Shown here: positions 21,271-31,278 of the stretch, piece after piece
Numbering within the stretch: the stretch's first letter is position 1
How the letters are laid out: every line of letters starts with the position of its first letter
Assembly: GCA_913061155.1 (NCBI GenBank)
Contig: CAJXSI010000004.1
Span: 4-64,003, forward strand
Source of the DNA: an uncultured Alphaproteobacteria bacterium
GTDB lineage: Bacteria; Pseudomonadota; Alphaproteobacteria; UBA7879; VGCX01
Direction: 5' to 3'
Length of the DNA stretch: 64,000 bases
Notes under the pieces: model-generated
The model's input: only the letters and a program-made list of their open reading frames with translations
The model's database searches: none
Told to the model about the DNA's origin: nothing
Made by a program: the position numbers and the translations under genes

Positions 21271-22395
21271 TTATACTAAGCCAGGCGACCTTAAAAATAC
21301 TTTTGATTTTTTATCTATGTTTAAAGGCAATTTCTGTTGAACAATTGACCGTCGCATAATCGCTGTTAAGGGAACAAATTCAACCCCCTCTGTTTGTTTT
21401 TCCTTAATCCAAGCCAATGTTTCTTGCAAAGCCTTGGTTTCTGGGCTGACAAAAACAATCAGATATTTATTTTTTTCAAGAACACGATTTGCAACTTCTT
21501 TTATATCTGTTTTTTTATCCTTAAAAGTAAAACTTAAATGCCGCCTTAAGTAAGGGGATTTCAATTCCCGCGCCACATCCAACGCCTTGCTGTCCTTTGT
21601 TGTCATTGAATCAAGAAAGATGTATCCCTTTTTCTTTAAGATAGCCAACAGCTTTTTTATCGACCCTTGATTACTTGTAAACGCACTTCCCATTTGATTA
21701 CTGACCCCAATAACATAAGGAGTTTTTCGTAAAATATTTTGGACATAATCGTTTATTGTTTTTTCTGAATCATTTGCTTTCAGCCATTTTTTCCCCTTCA
21801 TAACCTTCGGAAGTTTTGATGGGTATAAAGGTTCCATAGGAATATGCGCCACAACTTCACGGCCTTTTTTATTGGCTAATTTCGCCAATTTTTGATAATT
21901 TTTATCATCCGTTGAAATTGTATAAGTCAAAGGAATATCATAATTTTTAAGGGCCTGCCATTCCCCCTGTTTTGCCTTGTTCACATCATTAATCACAATG
22001 GCCACCATCGGCTTATTAAGCCTATAAGGCCAGGAAACAGCATTCTTTAGCCACTTTGGTTGCTGTACTTGAACAAAAGGTTTTGACGTTGTTTCTTGTT
22101 GTTTGAAAACTTGCACCAATTCCGAATCGTCAAAGGCCTGGGCTGCAATCACATCTTCTTTAAGATCATCCATGTTTTCCAAATCATAAATGGTATCATC
22201 CCCATAGGCAGATCCATTTTCTTCTGTTAAAACCTCCGCATTAACAGAGGGGGGAATAACTTTTGGAGTATCTTTTAAAGAAGGCAACAGAAAAACGATT
22301 AAGGTGGAAACCAAGGCAATTAAAATAACCCACAAAACAAATTTGTTTTGTTTATTTTTTTCAGTTATTTTGGCTGGAAGACGACGGTCTGTCAT
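21271..22395 (-). CDS. Divergent polysaccharide deacetylase family protein (YibQ/DUF610-like) with an N-terminal membrane anchor
   Basis: PMVAIVIND, HIPMEP, GVSNQMGSAFT and FLDSMT motifs. Confidence 0.8.
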   Translation of the reverse strand: MTDRRLPAKITEKNKQNKFVLWVILIALVSTLIVFLLPSLKDTPKVIPPSVNAEVLTEENGSAYGDDTIYDLENMDDLKEDVIAAQAFDDSELVQVFKQQETTSKPFVQVQQPKWLKNAVSWPYRLNKPMVAIVINDVNKAKQGEWQALKNYDIPLTYTISTDDKNYQKLAKLANKKGREVVAHIPMEPLYPSKLPKVMKGKKWLKANDSEKTINDYVQNILRKTPYVIGVSNQMGSAFTSNQGSIKKLLAILKKKGYIFLDSMTTKDSKALDVARELKSPYLRRHLSFTFKDKKTDIKEVANRVLEKNKYLIVFVSPETKALQETLAWIKEKQTEGVEFVPLTAIMRRSIVQQKLPLNIDKKSKVFLRSPGLV

Positions 22396-23426
22396 GCCAT
22401 AGACTTTTTTAAATTCATAATGCGATCGTATGCTTCATCTATACGTGTCTCTGGAACAATCCCTTTTTTAACAGCCTTTACAAGAATATTTACTGATTTT
22501 TCACCAATATTTGGATCGGGTTCAAAACCGTCAACCCCCATAGCCGCCGCCTTATTATTTGAAACAATCACCATATCACACCCCGCCAAAACAGAATTAA
22601 TCAAGGCTTCATCATATTTGTAATGCTGTTGAATGGCCCCCATATGCAGATCATCTGTAATGATAACCCCATCAAAACCGGCATGACGTAACTTGTCTAA
22701 AGTTTTCTTGGATAGGGTTGCCGGATGTTCTGGGTCCAGATTTTTATTGTAAATATGGGCGGTCATAACGGAATCAATTTTGCCTTGTTTGGCCAATTCA
22801 TAAAAAGGGATTAATTCTTTTTCATCCCAATTTTCTGTAACGTCCACGTATCCTTCGTGTGAATCCCCTTGGGCACTGCCATGGCCTGGAAAGTGTTTGA
22901 TACAATTAACCACCTTATTGTTTTTCAAGGCATCAATCATCGTTCCGGCATATTTAACAACTTTGCCAGGGTCTGAAGAATAACTTCTTTGCAAATCCCC
23001 AATAACAGGACATTTATAACCAGGGGGGTTTACATCCACACAGGGGGCAAAGTCAAAGTTAATGTCATGGGTATGAAGTTCAGATGCCAATTTATGATAC
23101 CAATCTGCAGCGTCAGATTCCGTCATTCCAGCAATTGATTGCGCAGAGGGATAAGTCGTAAAGCCATTTCCAGCATTCAGACGTTGAACACGGCCGCCTT
23201 CTTGATCAATGGAAATAAAGAAAGGCAGTTTGGCAGATTTTTTAAAAAATTGGGCCAAGGCCTTTACTTGTTCAGGGCTTTCGACATTGTAATTAAATAA
23301 AATTGTTCCGCCGGCAAGTCCTTGTTCAACCTGTTTGGCAAAGTCTTTAACGCTTGCTTCCTTTGAAGATTTTCCTTGGAAGCCCACGATCAGCATTTGA
23401 CCAATTTTTTCAAATAATTCGGCCAT
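22392..23426 (-). CDS. nagZ: Glycoside hydrolase family 3, beta-N-acetylhexosaminidase
   Basis: SIDQEGGRVQR, KHFPGHG and ITDDLHMGAI. Confidence 0.88.
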   Translation of the reverse strand: MAELFEKIGQMLIVGFQGKSSKEASVKDFAKQVEQGLAGGTILFNYNVESPEQVKALAQFFKKSAKLPFFISIDQEGGRVQRLNAGNGFTTYPSAQSIAGMTESDAADWYHKLASELHTHDINFDFAPCVDVNPPGYKCPVIGDLQRSYSSDPGKVVKYAGTMIDALKNNKVVNCIKHFPGHGSAQGDSHEGYVDVTENWDEKELIPFYELAKQGKIDSVMTAHIYNKNLDPEHPATLSKKTLDKLRHAGFDGVIITDDLHMGAIQQHYKYDEALINSVLAGCDMVIVSNNKAAAMGVDGFEPDPNIGEKSVNILVKAVKKGIVPETRIDEAYDRIMNLKKSMA

Positions 23427-24322
23427 TACGCTTCCTCTTTATAGCCAATTTTCTTGGCTTGCTTGATCATGGCCATTTGTATTTTTGCAAAGGCTTTGTT
23501 TTCAATTTGCCTAACACGTTCTTTAGATATTCTAAATCTTTGGGCCAGTTCTTCCAAAGTCAAAGACGGTTCATTTAGGCGTCGATATTTGATGATTTCA
23601 TATTCCCGGGGGGATAAAACGCGCAAAGCATCTTCAAGCATTTTTCTTTCTTTATCACTTTTATCTTTATTTATAACGTGATCTTCCTGGCTTTCTGTCT
23701 CTGTTTCCAACCAGTCCTGCCATTCCAATGAATCTTCCCCTGCCTTAACCGTGGCATTCAAAGACCTATCCCCACCGGACATTCGCTGGTTCATCATCCA
23801 AACTTCTTCTTCCTTAACTCCTAATTCCTTTGCAATTTTCTTAACATCTTCTTCGCTCATTTCCTTTTCGCCGTTCATCAGCTTAAGATTATGTTTCATA
23901 CGTCGAAGGTTAAAAAATAACTTTTTTTGGGCAGCCGTGGTCCCAACTTTTACCATGGACCATGATTTCAGAATATATTCCTGCATCGCTGCTTTTATCC
24001 ACCACATGGCATAGGTTGAAAAACGATGACCAAGATCTGGATTATATCGTTTAATGGCTTGCATAATACCTATATTGCCTTCTGATATCAGCTCTCCCAT
24101 TGGTAATCCATAGCCGCGGTACCCTGCGGCGATTTTTGTAACTAAGCGCAAGTGACTGGTGATTAATCGACGGGCAGCCTCAGGGTCTTGGGTTTTTACC
24201 CATTGTTTGGCAAGGGTGAATTCTTCTTCATAATCTAATAAAGGATATTGTTGTATTTTCCTGATATAAGAACTAATGTCATTTTCATCAGGAACTATAT
24301 TTCCGGTTGGAAATGTACTCAT
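23426..24322 (-). CDS. rpoH: RNA polymerase heat-shock sigma factor sigma-32
   Basis: RpoH box QKKLFFNLRR, GYRGYGLP and ISKERVRQIE. Confidence 0.96.
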   Translation of the reverse strand: MSTFPTGNIVPDENDISSYIRKIQQYPLLDYEEEFTLAKQWVKTQDPEAARRLITSHLRLVTKIAAGYRGYGLPMGELISEGNIGIMQAIKRYNPDLGHRFSTYAMWWIKAAMQEYILKSWSMVKVGTTAAQKKLFFNLRRMKHNLKLMNGEKEMSEEDVKKIAKELGVKEEEVWMMNQRMSGGDRSLNATVKAGEDSLEWQDWLETETESQEDHVINKDKSDKERKMLEDALRVLSPREYEIIKYRRLNEPSLTLEELAQRFRISKERVRQIENKAFAKIQMAMIKQAKKIGYKEEA

Positions 24323-24351
24323 ATTGTCCCCTTATTATATTTTATGCGTCT

Positions 24352-24981
24352 TCATACTGTCATCTGTTCCAATTCCTTTTTTGCCATTTGATTAACGACA
24401 AAGGCTGGAATCGTAAGACCGGGAAGATATGTTTCAATATTCATCATAAACTGATCATCCAACGCATTCATAAAGTTTTGAACAAAGGCCCCCCAGATCT
24501 GTAATCTAAAAGACATTTTAACGTCGCTTTCTATGCTTACAATTCTGCTTAGGCTAACCTTTGCTTGTCCTTCTGAAAATTCAGGTAGGTCGCGAACGTC
24601 GATGACAACTTGGGCTTCAGCCCCAAACCTGTCAGGTCCACCCACCGTCAATGTTTCATGGGTATCTTTTACATCTTTCAAGCCATGTTCAACAACATTT
24701 GCATTTAAAATTTTGATAACCGCCGTGCCTTTTTTCCCGGCTGCGATGAAACGATTCCTTAACCAATGATCCAATTCAGAGATAATGGAAGCCGGCAGCA
24801 TATACTTATTGAAATCTTTTTCTTGGGGCTTATATTCATTAATAACTTGGATACTGGCAACGTTTAAAAAGATCTTTTTTTCCATATAATTAAACCCAGG
24901 CATATCAACTTTTGCTTCTTGGACACATCCGCTTACAAGCAAAACTGTCAGCAAAGAAAAGATTATGCGTTTTAATTTCAT
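24352..24981 (-). CDS. Hypothetical lipoprotein
   Basis: Lipobox LVSG-C; uninterrupted 209-aa ORF. Confidence 0.7.
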   Translation of the reverse strand: MKLKRIIFSLLTVLLVSGCVQEAKVDMPGFNYMEKKIFLNVASIQVINEYKPQEKDFNKYMLPASIISELDHWLRNRFIAAGKKGTAVIKILNANVVEHGLKDVKDTHETLTVGGPDRFGAEAQVVIDVRDLPEFSEGQAKVSLSRIVSIESDVKMSFRLQIWGAFVQNFMNALDDQFMMNIETYLPGLTIPAFVVNQMAKKELEQMTV

Positions 24982-25064
24982 GGTGTGAATCCCCCTGGTT
25001 TATTTATCACATGGTTAAATATGTCATGATAAAGGACGAAATGCAATACTTTCAAAGTATTAAC

Positions 25065-25592
25065 TTATTTTAATTTTTTAAGCACGTCAAACGGGTTTTT
25101 TTCAGAATTTTCTTCAAATTCTTTATGCGTAGATTCAACCCCTTCTTTACGTGGATAAGGGTTTATATCCAATGCCAAATACTGGGTGAACACTTCCCCC
25201 ATGTCAATTTTTCCGGTGGCAGGAATGTCAATTTCTTCTTCAAGTTCTGTGCTTAATACACTTAAGTCCAGATCATCTTCATTGACAGAGTTGGGGTTTT
25301 CAGGGCGCAAAAACAGGCCGAATTGGCTAATTACTTTTTCTTTCACAGGTTCCATTGTGCTGACACATGTCTGCGTTATTTTGGCTTTAATCTTTCCTTC
25401 AACTTTAAAAGATTTGTTGGGGATTTGCTTTACGGTATAAATAACTTCGAATAATTCTATTTCCAAAACATCCAAACGGCTTGCCAACGCTTTTCTTTCG
25501 TCAGGCTTTGCGGCCAATTTATGTTCTTTAATGGCATTTCCGACAGCATTAACGTCTAAGATCCTTGAAAATTCTGATGTATTTTTAGTCAT
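25065..25592 (-). CDS. yceD: YceD/DUF177 family protein
   Basis: ERKALASRL, QTCVSTMEPV, EVFTQYLALDINPYPRK and NPFDVLKKLK. Confidence 0.88.
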   Translation of the reverse strand: MTKNTSEFSRILDVNAVGNAIKEHKLAAKPDERKALASRLDVLEIELFEVIYTVKQIPNKSFKVEGKIKAKITQTCVSTMEPVKEKVISQFGLFLRPENPNSVNEDDLDLSVLSTELEEEIDIPATGKIDMGEVFTQYLALDINPYPRKEGVESTHKEFEENSEKNPFDVLKKLK

Positions 25593-25642
25593 TGTATTGC
25601 CCAGTATTTTAGAACTTTATCAAACGCTACCGCCCGCAGAAA

Positions 25643-25732
25643 TGGCAGATGGGGTGGGATTCGAACCCACGAAGAGCGTAAACCCTTGCCGGTTTTCAAG
25701 ACCGGTACCTTCAACCACTCGGCCACCCATCC
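25643..25732 (-). tRNA. tRNA-Ser(TGA)
   Basis: GGATGGGTGGCCGAGTGG...CCGGTCTTGAAAACCGG, long variable arm, GGTTCGAATCC, encoded CCA. Confidence 0.97.
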
Positions 25733-25822
25733 AATTAAAAAATCAGTGATATAAATCATTGAGTTATAAAAAGGAATATGCCATCATTGAATTAATTTTC
25801 AAGCAAAATTTATAAAAACATT

Positions 25823-26785
25823 ATGAAATTATTAAACAGCCTCTTATTTTTCTTATTTTTCACCCTTTTCCTAAGCCAATCTGCGCCCGCAGAAAACAAA
25901 CGATCTTTCAATAAATGGAAGGCAAATTTCAAAACCCGGGCCATGAAAGAAGGCATCACAGAAAAAACTTTTGATTCTGCTTTTAAGGGGATAAGACCCA
26001 ATAAAAAGATCATTAAACTTGATCATCATCAGCCTGAACTTAAGAAAACATTCCTTCAGTACTTTGAAAATCGTGTTCCGCCCCGTATTAAGGAAGGTCG
26101 AAAACTTTTAAGTATTCATAAAGATCTTTTAGAAAAAATTTCAAAAAAATATCATGTTCCCTATGAAGTTATTGTGGCGTTATGGGGCAGTGAATCAAAT
26201 TTTGGCAAACTCACAGGGGGGTTTTCAACCATCCAAGCTTTGGCAACCCTTTCTTATGACGGTCGTCGGGGTGAATTCTTTATGTCTGAACTGATCCATG
26301 CCTTAAAAATCATGCAAGACAATCACATTAAGGTGGCAAACATGAAAGGATCCTGGGCGGGGGCCATGGGTCAATGTCAATTTATGCCATCCAGTTTTAC
26401 ATCCTTTGCCGTGGATGAAAACGGCAATGGACATATTGATATATGGCATAATATTCATGATGTTTTTGGATCCATCGCTAATTATCTGCATAAATCTGGC
26501 TGGAACCCTGATCAACCTTGGGGATATCAAATAAAATACAACAAATCTTTGGAAAGACTTGCAAAACTGAAAACAAAAAAACCTTTGAATTACTGGAAAA
26601 AAGCAGGTATTACAATGATAGATGGCCGCGAACTTCCGAATACAAGCTGGGCAGGCTTAATTGTTGTTCCAGAAAACAGCAAAAGGGCTTTCTTGCTTTT
26701 GGACAATGCCAAAGTATTATTAAAATGGAACAGATCAACTTGGTTTGTCTTATCAATAGGGTTACTTTCTGATGGATTACAGTAA
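25823..26785 (+). CDS. mltB: Lytic murein transglycosylase (MltB/Slt35 type)
   Basis: ALWGSESNFG, ALATLSYDGRR, GSWAGAMGQCQFMPSSF and DENGNGHIDIW. Confidence 0.92.
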   Translation: MKLLNSLLFFLFFTLFLSQSAPAENKRSFNKWKANFKTRAMKEGITEKTFDSAFKGIRPNKKIIKLDHHQPELKKTFLQYFENRVPPRIKEGRKLLSIHKDLLEKISKKYHVPYEVIVALWGSESNFGKLTGGFSTIQALATLSYDGRRGEFFMSELIHALKIMQDNHIKVANMKGSWAGAMGQCQFMPSSFTSFAVDENGNGHIDIWHNIHDVFGSIANYLHKSGWNPDQPWGYQIKYNKSLERLAKLKTKKPLNYWKKAGITMIDGRELPNTSWAGLIVVPENSKRAFLLLDNAKVLLKWNRSTWFVLSIGLLSDGLQ

Positions 26786-27815
26786 AAAACTGAAGACACT
26801 TTTATCATTTACATTTGTTTTGGGATTGGCAAACTGTTCAAGATTCAGTGATGTATCAAGCCCTGCAACAAAAGATGTTACCCCTAATGATGCCCCCTAT
26901 GATCAACCAGACTGGATGGAATCAAAAGGCGATGGTATTTATAAAGTTGGAAAACCTTACAAAGTAAACGGTGTATGGTATTTCCCAAAGGCTGTTCATA
27001 ATTATGACGAGGTTGGATTTGCCTCGTGGTATGGCCCTGATTTCCATAATAAACGTACGGCAAATGGGGAAATATTTGATATGGATTCCCTTTCTGCTGC
27101 GCATAAAACGCTTCCCCTGCCCTCTATTATCAGGGTGACAAATATGCAAAATGGGCGTTCCTTAATTCTACGTGTTAATGACCGGGGACCTTTTGTTAAC
27201 AACAGACTTCTTGATGTATCGCGCAAGGCGGCACAACTTCTTGGTTTTGCCGAGCAAGGAACGACGAAAGTCCGGGTGGAATTGCTGCCCGAAGAAACAA
27301 TGACAGTTGCGGCCCTGGCCCAAGACAAAAACTTTAAAGGCGAAAATAATATCAAAGCCCATGAATCCGGCCAGGTTGAAGCTTATAAAAACCTAAAGGC
27401 TTCGGGTGTGTTAAATGAACACGATGAACAAAAGCCTATAGGTGGGAATTTGCCAGGGGCGGCTTATCAAGAACAAAGTAACGACACCCTGTTTGACAAC
27501 GAACCAACCGTCGAAGATTCTGTCTTTTCCCAGCCCTCTGTTTCTGATAAAAGCCCCTCTGCCCCAGCTTCTATCGCACCAACCCAAAAAGGGATATACA
27601 TCCAAGTTGGTGCCTTTGGAAACAAGGAAAATGCAGATAAATTAACAGGAAAATTATCTTCTATAGGAAAGGCCCACATTGTTAATACGGTATCGAATGG
27701 CAGAATACTTCATATCGTAAAGCTTGGCCCCTTTGAAACCAATGGGCATGCGCGCCATTCTTTGTCAGAAATCAAAAATACCGGATTAACAGACGCACGA
27801 ATAATTACAGAATAA
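26772..27815 (+). CDS. rlpA: Septal-ring lytic transglycosylase lipoprotein with SPOR domain
   Basis: YKVGKPY, ASWYG, TANGE, AAHKTLPLPS, NDRGPF; C-terminal IQVGAF SPOR domain. Confidence 0.94.
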   Translation: MDYSKKLKTLLSFTFVLGLANCSRFSDVSSPATKDVTPNDAPYDQPDWMESKGDGIYKVGKPYKVNGVWYFPKAVHNYDEVGFASWYGPDFHNKRTANGEIFDMDSLSAAHKTLPLPSIIRVTNMQNGRSLILRVNDRGPFVNNRLLDVSRKAAQLLGFAEQGTTKVRVELLPEETMTVAALAQDKNFKGENNIKAHESGQVEAYKNLKASGVLNEHDEQKPIGGNLPGAAYQEQSNDTLFDNEPTVEDSVFSQPSVSDKSPSAPASIAPTQKGIYIQVGAFGNKENADKLTGKLSSIGKAHIVNTVSNGRILHIVKLGPFETNGHARHSLSEIKNTGLTDARIITE

Positions 27816-27824
27816 AGGGATATC

Positions 27825-28970
27825 ATGAAAAAAGTATTTACATTATTTTTACTATTAATTTTTCAAACACCTTTAACACAGGCAAGTATTGGGGTCGCCA
27901 ATGCCTATGCAAAAAACGCAAAAGAAGCCATTCTTATGGACGCAGATACTGGAACTGTTTTATATGAAAAAAATCCAGATCAAATAACATATCCATCCTC
28001 CATGACAAAAATCATGACAACTTACCCTGCTTTGCAACGGATTAAAGATGGACGACTGTCCTTAGATGATAAGTTCAAAACCAGTGTAAAAGCCTGGAAA
28101 ACAGGGGGGACACGCACCTTTCTTGAACCCAATAAATATGTCAAAGTCGCAGATCTTTTAAGGGGCATTATTATCCAATCTGGAAATGATGCATCTGTTG
28201 TTTTGGCTGAAAATTTGGGGGGCACCGAAGAAGACTATGCCAAAGAAATGACAAAATTGGCTGAAAGTATTGGGGCTAAAAACTCCTCCTTTAAAAATGC
28301 GCATGGCTTGACAGAACCAGGGCACTATTCAACAGTCAGGGACCTTGCCATAATAACAGCCAGCATAATACATAATTTTCCAGATCTATATAAAATATTC
28401 AAAGAACAAGTTTTTACCTATAATGGGATTAAACAATACAACCGCAACCCTCTTTTAAAAATACCAGGCCTTGGGGCAACTGGGACAAAAACAGGCCATA
28501 CGGATGAAGGTGGTTATGGACTTGTGGGATCTGCCACAAAAGATGGGCGCACCCTTATTGTTGTCGTCAATGGCTTGCCAAGCGAGAAAAAACGGGCAGA
28601 GGCCGCTGAACGTCTTTTGAACTGGGGATTCAGAGAATTTGATAATTATAATTTAATAGATCCGTCAAAACCAATTATGGCCGCCAATGTTTGGCTTGGG
28701 AAGAAAGCATCTGTCCCCCTTATGGCAAGTGGCAGCATCAAAGTAACCTTACCCAAAGCATCCCGTCATGATATAAAAGTAGAAGCCATTTATTCAAGCC
28801 CCCTTCCAGCCCCCATTAAAGAAGGGCAATTGGTCGGCCGTCTTGAAATAACAGCCCCCCACACACCAACCATCACGCTGCCTTTACTTGCAGGCGCAGA
28901 TATAGAGGAAGTTGGCATTTTTGGACGTCTTTTGTCAGCCCTAAATTATATTATTTGGGGTCATGGCTGA
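27825..28970 (+). CDS. dacA: D-alanyl-D-alanine carboxypeptidase
   Basis: SSMTK (SxxK), SGN and KTG motifs. Confidence 0.94.
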   Translation: MKKVFTLFLLLIFQTPLTQASIGVANAYAKNAKEAILMDADTGTVLYEKNPDQITYPSSMTKIMTTYPALQRIKDGRLSLDDKFKTSVKAWKTGGTRTFLEPNKYVKVADLLRGIIIQSGNDASVVLAENLGGTEEDYAKEMTKLAESIGAKNSSFKNAHGLTEPGHYSTVRDLAIITASIIHNFPDLYKIFKEQVFTYNGIKQYNRNPLLKIPGLGATGTKTGHTDEGGYGLVGSATKDGRTLIVVVNGLPSEKKRAEAAERLLNWGFREFDNYNLIDPSKPIMAANVWLGKKASVPLMASGSIKVTLPKASRHDIKVEAIYSSPLPAPIKEGQLVGRLEITAPHTPTITLPLLAGADIEEVGIFGRLLSALNYIIWGHG

Positions 28971-29599
28971 TGACGGCACAAAAAGGGAAGTTTATTACCT
29001 TTGAAGGCGGTGAAGGAGCTGGAAAAACAACCCAAATCCAACTGTTAAAAGATCACCTGCAATCAAAGGGTATTGATGTCATAACAACCCGTGAGCCTGG
29101 GGGAACCCCTGGTGCAGAAGATGTGCGTGATCTTCTTAAAAACGGGGACTTGTCAAAATGGGATGGTACAGCCGAAGCCTTACTTCTTTATGCCGCCCGC
29201 CACGATCATGTTGAAAAAATTATAAAACCTGCCTTGCATAAAGGTACATGGGTTTTGTGTGACCGTTTTTCTGACTCCAGCCTTGTGTATCAAGGGGTTG
29301 CACGGGACTTAGGTGTTGAAAAAATAACCCAATTACATGAATGGGCTTTGGGAAATTTTTACCCTGACTTAACCTTTGTTTTTGATATCCCTCCGCAAAA
29401 AAGCAGAAGCCGTCAACAACAAAGAAATCAGCAAGCCGATATTCCGGATGATCGATTTGAACAACTGGCAATTGATTTTCATCAAAAAATCTATGAAGGA
29501 TATATATCCCTGACAAAACTTTTCCCCGACCGTTGCGTTTTGATCGATGCCACCAGAAATGTTCACGAAGTAAAAGAACAAATACACAGTAATATTTAA
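28970..29599 (+). CDS. tmk: Thymidylate kinase
   Basis: FITFEGGEGAGKTTQ, TREPGGT and DRF. The probable start is the ATG at 28970, overlapping the dacA stop. Confidence 0.96.
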   Translation: MTAQKGKFITFEGGEGAGKTTQIQLLKDHLQSKGIDVITTREPGGTPGAEDVRDLLKNGDLSKWDGTAEALLLYAARHDHVEKIIKPALHKGTWVLCDRFSDSSLVYQGVARDLGVEKITQLHEWALGNFYPDLTFVFDIPPQKSRSRQQQRNQQADIPDDRFEQLAIDFHQKIYEGYISLTKLFPDRCVLIDATRNVHEVKEQIHSNI

Positions 29600-29636
29600 A
29601 ATAATTCACAGTAATATTTAAAATAATTCACAGTAA
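29585..29636. repeat. 22-bp tandem repeat, about 2.4 copies (CACAGTAATATTTAAAATAATT), spanning the tmk stop
   Basis: Exact copies at 29585-29606 and 29607-29628, partial copy at 29629-29636. Confidence 0.9.
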
Positions 29637-29679
29637 ACCCCCTGATATGTTATATTAAAATATAAGAATAGAGAATGAG

Positions 29680-30537
29680 ATGAAAAAAATTATTGGGCTC
29701 CTGTTGATAACTATTGGCTTTACCGGTGGTAAAACTTACGCTGCAGCCGCAGCCGCTTCTGCTGTTGTTGCAGAAGATACCCACCCTGACAGTGTGTCAA
29801 AAAAAATAGTTGGATCTTTTACAACCCCCGATGGTCATTACACACGTTTTTTGGGCTTACCTGATGGCAGGTTAACGTCGCATCTTTACAGAGGTAAGGT
29901 TATATACCCAATTCCCGCCGTACCTATATTACATCCCTATACTGATTTCATTCACCCTTGGATTGGTTTGGCGGCAAGAGCTCTAACAGCCGGCGTTCCC
30001 TTACCCAAATTCATAACAGATTTACCCGGAACTTTGGCCGATCATTTCTATGTTGTTCTGCAAGATACCCCAAAACCAGAGGCCGTCGCCCCGCGTATCA
30101 TAAGATTAAATTATCTTTTACATACGCATGATGATGAAAAAACTGACGGCATCGACTTAGCCGTAGGAGAACCGACAGGAATTGATAAGATTGCCATAAC
30201 AGATGGCGCCCCAACAGAAGGCGTTTATAAAAGGGTCAGTTCCCATACGCACCCAGGGGATGGCGTTGTTATTGCCTCTCCAAATATTGGAAAATTGGAT
30301 TTTGGAAAACCAGCAAGTGACATAGGATCTGCGGCCTTCTGGATGGTGCATCGCATGAATGGTGTTAAAACCCCCACCTTATTTATTATCATAAATGATA
30401 ATAAAAAAAATAATCTTTACCAGGCCGCATTAGACGCCGCCCCTGACATGGAAACATTAATGACAGGTCTATCTGTTGAAGGATTAATTGATGACCCTGC
30501 CACGCTTGTTCTTAAAAAGACACTTGGCTACGCATAA
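29680..30537 (+). CDS. Secreted hypothetical protein
   Basis: Signal-peptide-like MKKIIGLLLITIG..TYAAAA; 285-aa ORF; no family recognised. Confidence 0.7.
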   Translation: MKKIIGLLLITIGFTGGKTYAAAAAASAVVAEDTHPDSVSKKIVGSFTTPDGHYTRFLGLPDGRLTSHLYRGKVIYPIPAVPILHPYTDFIHPWIGLAARALTAGVPLPKFITDLPGTLADHFYVVLQDTPKPEAVAPRIIRLNYLLHTHDDEKTDGIDLAVGEPTGIDKIAITDGAPTEGVYKRVSSHTHPGDGVVIASPNIGKLDFGKPASDIGSAAFWMVHRMNGVKTPTLFIIINDNKKNNLYQAALDAAPDMETLMTGLSVEGLIDDPATLVLKKTLGYA

Positions 30538-30579
30538 CTTTATACAGCGAGAATGAACTGGGTTTCATCTTCTTTTACT

Positions 30580-30957
30580 TCGTCGCCCTGAATTTAGCCT
30601 GTCCTGGACTCCGATTAAGAAGGTCTGTCTTTGCATAAAACAGTCGCCCCGAACTTGATGCGGAATCCAGTCATAATCTAAAAGGCAGGCGGGTTGTATC
30701 GGGTGAATACTTTTCTGGACCCCGCATCAAGTGCGGGGAGACGAGAGGTTGGAGTGTCAAGTGCGGGGAGACGATTTCTATGCAAAGAAAGACCCTCTTC
30801 ATTGTCATTCCGGACTTGATCCGGAATCCACAGCGGTGTTTACTCCAGATACCTTGATTGCTGTAGACCTCTAGGACCCTGGTGTCAAGCACGGGGCGAC
30901 GACTTCTATACAAAGACAGCCCCTCTTTTCGTCTTCCCGGATTTGATTCGGGATTGC
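30580..30957. repeat. Palindromic mosaic array B: REP copies at 30642-30669(+), 30716-30744(-), 30755-30774(- partial), 30802-30830(+), 30872-30902(-) and 30929-30957(+)
   Basis: Same REP units and spacers as arrays A, C and D. Confidence 0.9.
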
Positions 30958-30970
30958 AACAAAATGGGCG

Positions 30971-31002
30971 TGTCAAACACAGGCAGGTGCCTGTGTTTGA
31001 CA
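30971..31002. terminator. Perfect 15-bp-stem hairpin TGTCAAACACAGGCA-GG-TGCCTGTGTTTGACA downstream of gapR
   Basis: Exact inverted repeat 18 bp past the stop of the convergent gene; no strong U-tract. Confidence 0.5.
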
Positions 31003-31020
31003 AGGAAGTTTATCGAAATA

Positions 31021-31278
31021 TTATTCGCCTGAAGGGACCAATCCCAAGGCTTTTTTATAAAGATCCAGCATATATTCTTGTTCTTGACGGTCGTCATGAT
31101 CCATCTTGCGCAATTTTACAATCTCTCGCAAAGTTTTTGTGTCAAAGCCATTCCCTTTTGCTTCGCTGTACACTTCACGCACATCTTCTGAAACTTTGGC
31201 TTTTTCTTCTTCTAAATTTTCAATACGTTCCACATATGATTTTAATTGTTCTGCAGAAACGCCACCTATATTTGTCAT
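31021..31278 (-). CDS. gapR: DUF2312 / GapR nucleoid-associated protein
   Basis: AEQLKSYVERIENLEEEK...EAKGNGFDTKTLREIVKLRKMD. Confidence 0.9.
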   Translation of the reverse strand: MTNIGGVSAEQLKSYVERIENLEEEKAKVSEDVREVYSEAKGNGFDTKTLREIVKLRKMDHDDRQEQEYMLDLYKKALGLVPSGE

